Below are positions 60,333 through 64,000 of a DNA stretch of 64,000 nucleotides, one piece after another. This stretch comes from Spirochaetota bacterium. Its GTDB lineage: Bacteria > Spirochaetota > UBA4802 > UBA5550. Location: positions 864,001-928,000 of the forward strand of contig CAXXHB010000003.1 in assembly GCA_963664815.2 (NCBI GenBank), read 5' to 3'. Within the stretch, counting starts at the first letter, position 1. The number at the start of each line of letters is the position of its first letter. Made by a program: the position numbers and the translations under genes. The notes beneath the pieces are model-generated. The model made no database searches, was not told where the DNA came from, and worked only from the letters and a program-made list of their open reading frames with translations.

Positions 60333-61016
60333 TCATTGAGAGTAAACCAGCTTTCCGTCTGAAAGTTTAATCAACCTGTCAGATGCACGGATGCACTCAG
60401 CACTGTGAGAAACCATAATGATTGTCATCCCGTCCGAATTAAGCTGCTTAAAAAGCGACATTATCTCACCGCTGGTTTTTGAATCGAGATTTCCTGTCGG
60501 TTCATCAGCAAGAAGAATCCTCGGATTGTTGACAACTGCCCGTGCTATAGCAACACGCTCCTTCTCTCCTCCTGAAAGTTCATCAGGGAGTCTTTTCCAC
60601 TTGTCGGACAGGCCTACGCTGCCGAGAGCTTCTGTTGCCATCTTATACTTATCCTTTTTACTGATATTTTTAACAGCAAGCGGGAGCATCACATTTTCGA
60701 CAGCTGTAAGGTATGGCATCAGATGGAAAGACTGAAATATAAAACCGAGATACTCACGTCTGAAATCAGATCTCTTTTCCTGCGAAAGGCTAAATACATT
60801 AATATCGTCAACAATATAATCTCCGCTGTCAGGCATAAGCATTGCTCCTGTTATTAAAAGGAGGGTGGATTTACCTGATCCCGACTCACCGGAAATCCCG
60901 ATGAAGTCCCCCCATGAGATATCTAATGTGAAATCGTTAAGAGCTCTTACTGTTGAATCACCAGTTATATAATTTTTTGAAATACTGTTTATTTTTATAT
61001 CACTCATAATAATCAC
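60333..61016 (-). CDS. ABC transporter ATP-binding protein (MacB/LolD-like)
   Basis: GESGSGKS, LSGGEKER, LLADEPTGNLD. Confidence 0.95.
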   Translation of the reverse strand: MIIMSDIKINSISKNYITGDSTVRALNDFTLDISWGDFIGISGESGSGKSTLLLITGAMLMPDSGDYIVDDINVFSLSQEKRSDFRREYLGFIFQSFHLMPYLTAVENVMLPLAVKNISKKDKYKMATEALGSVGLSDKWKRLPDELSGGEKERVAIARAVVNNPRILLADEPTGNLDSKTSGEIMSLFKQLNSDGMTIIMVSHSAECIRASDRLIKLSDGKLVYSQ

Positions 61017-62174
61017 CTACAGACTTCTTAAGGCTTCAGCCGGGTCAAGGTTGGAGGCAGCTAATGCCGGATAGAATCCGGCCAGCAGACCGGCAGCAAG
61101 TGCCAGCATTACAGCCGCAACAACTCCTGATGGGGAAGAGTGGATCATTAAAGGTTCGGGACCGGCAGCAATAGATGCAAATATTCGTGCCGATATTGAT
61201 CCAATAATATATCCCGCAATACCCCCTGTAAGAGAGAGAATCCCGGTTTCAATCATAATTATTGAAACAACATGACTCTTTCTATAACCTATTGCACGGA
61301 GTATACCTATTTCACTCCGTCTTTCCCTGACATTGCTCATCATTGTCACAAAAACAACGAGAATGCCGATAGCAAGAATAATTGCAGACAAAGTAATGGA
61401 TAAACTCTTAATCTGGCTGAGAGTGTTGAGTCTTCCTGCCACAATCTGCTGCAGCGCCATAACATTAGCTTCAGGAATCTTTTCACTTATCTGTGCCACC
61501 ATTTCATTAATAGGGCAGGCGTTACATAATGCTGCGACCTCAACCATAGTAATCTTTCCTTTTTTACCGAGGATTGACTGGGCTGTTTCAAGTTTCATGA
61601 ATATCATACTGTCATCCTGAGAGCCGGTTTCTTCCAGAATACCGGATACTTTCATTTGACGTTTATTAATCATTACCGAATCTCCGGTTTTTAATCCGAG
61701 AATCTTAGCGGCTTTTTTCCCTGAAATTATTTCTGAGCCGTCAGGGGGAGTCCCGGTTATTCTCCACCACGGTTTCAGTATCTTCCCGCGTGAAAAATCC
61801 AGGCCGGCGGCAAGTACATCTTTTCTGTTTAAAGTAACAGACCCGATTAAAACCGGTCCTGCTGCTGCGATATTTGCGGCATTTTTTATATGACTTATAT
61901 TTCTGAGTGAATCAATTGTTATTTCATTTTTCCCGAAAGAAACACCCCCTGCATTAAACCCGCCATATGAAAGAGTAAGTTCCTCGTTTTTCGGTGTAAT
62001 GATTATATTGGCGCCATATTTCTCCATCTTGTGATTGATTTGATCGGTCATAGCTGTTGTATACTTCATAACGGCAACAACTGATCCTGTACCGGCAATG
62101 ATACCGATCATAACAAGAGCTGCGCGGGACTTTCTCCTGAGAATATTTTTAAATGCAATGTCGTGCAGCTTCAT
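61017..62174 (-). CDS. ABC transporter permease (FtsX/MacB-like)
   Basis: AFKNILRRKSR, ERRSEIGILRAIG, LDPAEALR; periplasmic CNAC. Confidence 0.92.
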   Translation of the reverse strand: MKLHDIAFKNILRRKSRAALVMIGIIAGTGSVVAVMKYTTAMTDQINHKMEKYGANIIITPKNEELTLSYGGFNAGGVSFGKNEITIDSLRNISHIKNAANIAAAGPVLIGSVTLNRKDVLAAGLDFSRGKILKPWWRITGTPPDGSEIISGKKAAKILGLKTGDSVMINKRQMKVSGILEETGSQDDSMIFMKLETAQSILGKKGKITMVEVAALCNACPINEMVAQISEKIPEANVMALQQIVAGRLNTLSQIKSLSITLSAIILAIGILVVFVTMMSNVRERRSEIGILRAIGYRKSHVVSIIMIETGILSLTGGIAGYIIGSISARIFASIAAGPEPLMIHSSPSGVVAAVMLALAAGLLAGFYPALAASNLDPAEALRSL

Positions 62175-62737
62175 TATTTAACTCCATTATCTGTTTTGAA
62201 GTATTTCTCACCCTTTGCTATATCCTTAAATTTTACTGCTGCTTCACTTCCTGAAATCTTAATAACAAGAGGAGATGGATTACATCCGCCTGTAACAACA
62301 TTGATCATTGCTGAGGAGAATCTTCTTCCACAGTTATTGCAGACCATGGAGTCGCCATCCTGAGTATAGCCTTTATGCGCCTCCCAGCATACATCGCATG
62401 CGTCGAATGCGGCACGGATTACTCCGTCGGAACTTTTCAGTATAAAATATTTAATTTCTGTATCATGGAGTTTGTAACTGAAGAACCGGGCTTTACCGTC
62501 ATTGAAATCAGATACATTGAAGTGAACTTCATCATATGCATTTGAATCATCAGGTTTCGCTGTACTTGTTATAGCTTTTACATCACTGCTTACTGTTTTA
62601 ATAACATGGGTTGTATAAACATAGTATCCGGATAAAGAGAGAATAATAAGTACCAGTGCTGACAGTATGTATGCTTTATGGTCTTTCTTTTTATTAAGAA
62701 TTAAATCACGTTTATTATTACTATTGTTCTGCTTCAT
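62174..62737 (-). CDS. DUF2318 (FtrD-like) Fe-S-containing membrane protein
   Basis: AFDACDVC, GYTQDG..VCNNCG, GGCNPSP. Confidence 0.88.
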   Translation of the reverse strand: MKQNNSNNKRDLILNKKKDHKAYILSALVLIILSLSGYYVYTTHVIKTVSSDVKAITSTAKPDDSNAYDEVHFNVSDFNDGKARFFSYKLHDTEIKYFILKSSDGVIRAAFDACDVCWEAHKGYTQDGDSMVCNNCGRRFSSAMINVVTGGCNPSPLVIKISGSEAAVKFKDIAKGEKYFKTDNGVK

Positions 62738-62915
62738 AATATTTTCCTTTTTTTTAAATTTAGTAATGAATAATTAATAACTATTATTGGTATTCCGAAG
62801 CAATTTAAAGATCTGTATAATTATACATTTTTACTTTACTGCAGCAGAATATAAGAACACAATAAATTGCTCCGTTATTCCATGAAAACGGATAAAAAAG
62901 ATTTTAAGAGGAAGC

Positions 62916-63311
62916 TCAACAGAGAATTGAACAGTTGAGAAGATATGTGGGTGTTTTAGTGTAAATAAATTGCTTATCAGGGAAGGGCCCTTCTCTGTTG
63001 TGTTTAGATATGGGATTAATAAGAAATGAATAAAATGGCACACCTTCAGAATTATATTTAATAAAAACAGGTTCTATTTTTGTTGTACCGGATGGTGGTG
63101 TATTCAGGGTCAACTGCATTTTGCAGTTAACGGATTTAAATGAACAGCAGCATTCAGGTTTAAAGATTGCTCTGTCGCTTACTTTATGAGTAGAGCATTC
63201 AGTTACTTGTTTTGAAAACATTGCACAACAGCAATTGCATGCTGATAATTCATAACCTGCTGCCCCGGAGAATGCAATGGATGTAATTATTATCAGATTT
63301 ATTAATTTCAT
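62916..63311 (-). CDS. Exported Cys-rich hypothetical protein
   Basis: Signal-like N-terminus; ACNCCC and ECCC; ends YLLNCSILC. Confidence 0.6.
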   Translation of the reverse strand: MKLINLIIITSIAFSGAAGYELSACNCCCAMFSKQVTECSTHKVSDRAIFKPECCCSFKSVNCKMQLTLNTPPSGTTKIEPVFIKYNSEGVPFYSFLINPISKHNREGPFPDKQFIYTKTPTYLLNCSILC

Positions 63312-63423
63312 ATATTTATTGATTATTTTGTTCTTCTTATGTTACAATTGAATATAGCAAATTTATAAGTCACATCAAGGATCAGATGATCTGACGATAT
63401 ATAAATGCAATTATCATCTTAAA

Positions 63424-63762
63424 ATGCGGGTTGTTGATGAATCAGCTTGAGTAAAGTGATTGAAGAGTCTGCTCATTTGCGCTGCTTTAATTTCAATTGC
63501 AGTATAGGATATTCTGAAAAAATGCTGTTTTAGTTATCAATTGAATTTTAACACCATTCGGAAAGAGTGGTTTTCACGTTTTCTGTGAACTGGACTGCAT
63601 TGCTCAGTATATTAATAAGACATTGTCTGACCTTTGTCAGATCTGAATACATCATACCAACATCACCCCGGATATCAACATGCAAAGCGTTGGACTTAAC
63701 ATTTAAAATGGGACCCATAGGGGATGTAACATCGTTAACAATCTGTACGATGCTGAAAAGCT
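63424..63762 (-). pseudogene. Sensor histidine kinase HATPase fragment
   Basis: Minus-strand frames give SDLTKVRQCLINILSNAVQFT and QMSRLFNHFTQADSSTTR. Confidence 0.75.
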
Positions 63763-63764
63763 TC

Positions 63765-63862
63765 GGAAATGGCTATCATGTTGGTGATATATTGCTTGTG
63801 ATAGATGAGGGAGTAGAAACAACCGAACAGGCGGATTTTATGATTAAAAAAGGATGCAGCTT
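63765..63862 (+). pseudogene. GGDEF/EAL remnant
   Basis: GYHVGDILL joined directly to VIDEGVETTEQADFMIKKGC. Confidence 0.55.
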
Positions 63863-64000
63863 TTTGAAATTTTCACTCCTGTACATGAAAATATAAATAG
63901 ATCAGCTGGGTACTAAACACAACAACGATTTAAGTTATATCCACCCAAATACTCCTTGCAAAATAAACACAACTGTAGTAAAACTGTACATACAAAAAAG

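Overview
64 kb of AT-rich bacterial chromosome. Several families typical of Leptospira-like spirochaetes (LPP20/LipL21-like lipoprotein, membrane-anchored AraC, Ig-like lipoproteins, FN3/beta-barrel protein) together with an anaerobe-style CoA/sulfur gene set suggest an anaerobic Spirochaetota genome; this is inference. 1-10.3 kb is an accessory/defence island built on a decaying type I R-M locus. It holds an ABC-ATPase tail, a membrane protein, a HEPN-like gene, and an hsdS with an in-frame palindromic-repeat insertion. It also holds a DUF4160/DUF2442 TA pair between 88-bp duplications of the hsdS 3' end, a GxxExxY gene between 130-bp palindromic direct repeats, an ATPase+TOPRIM-like pair and an internally deleted hsdR. 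10.5-23.6 kb: housekeeping and signalling genes (crotonase, MCP, GGDEF, aqpZ, Lrp, panB, ino1, kup with a c-di-AMP riboswitch). 23.8-30.4 kb: a beta-barrel gene plus two tandem Ig-like lipoproteins with near-identical stalks and unrelated tips. 33.6-50.5 kb: acyl-CoA metabolism, including a candidate lactone-catabolic operon and an acuI-type operon. 51-59.2 kb: a sulfur cluster (metY, cysK, Rrf2, larE and thiF pseudogenes, mnmA), then a fused atypical transketolase next to a RuBisCO-like protein. 59.6-64 kb: a DUF2318/ABC metal-transport cluster and signalling-gene debris. No rRNA, tRNA, CRISPR array, transposase, integrase or reverse transcriptase was recognised. All family calls are by eye from motifs; no database searches were run.
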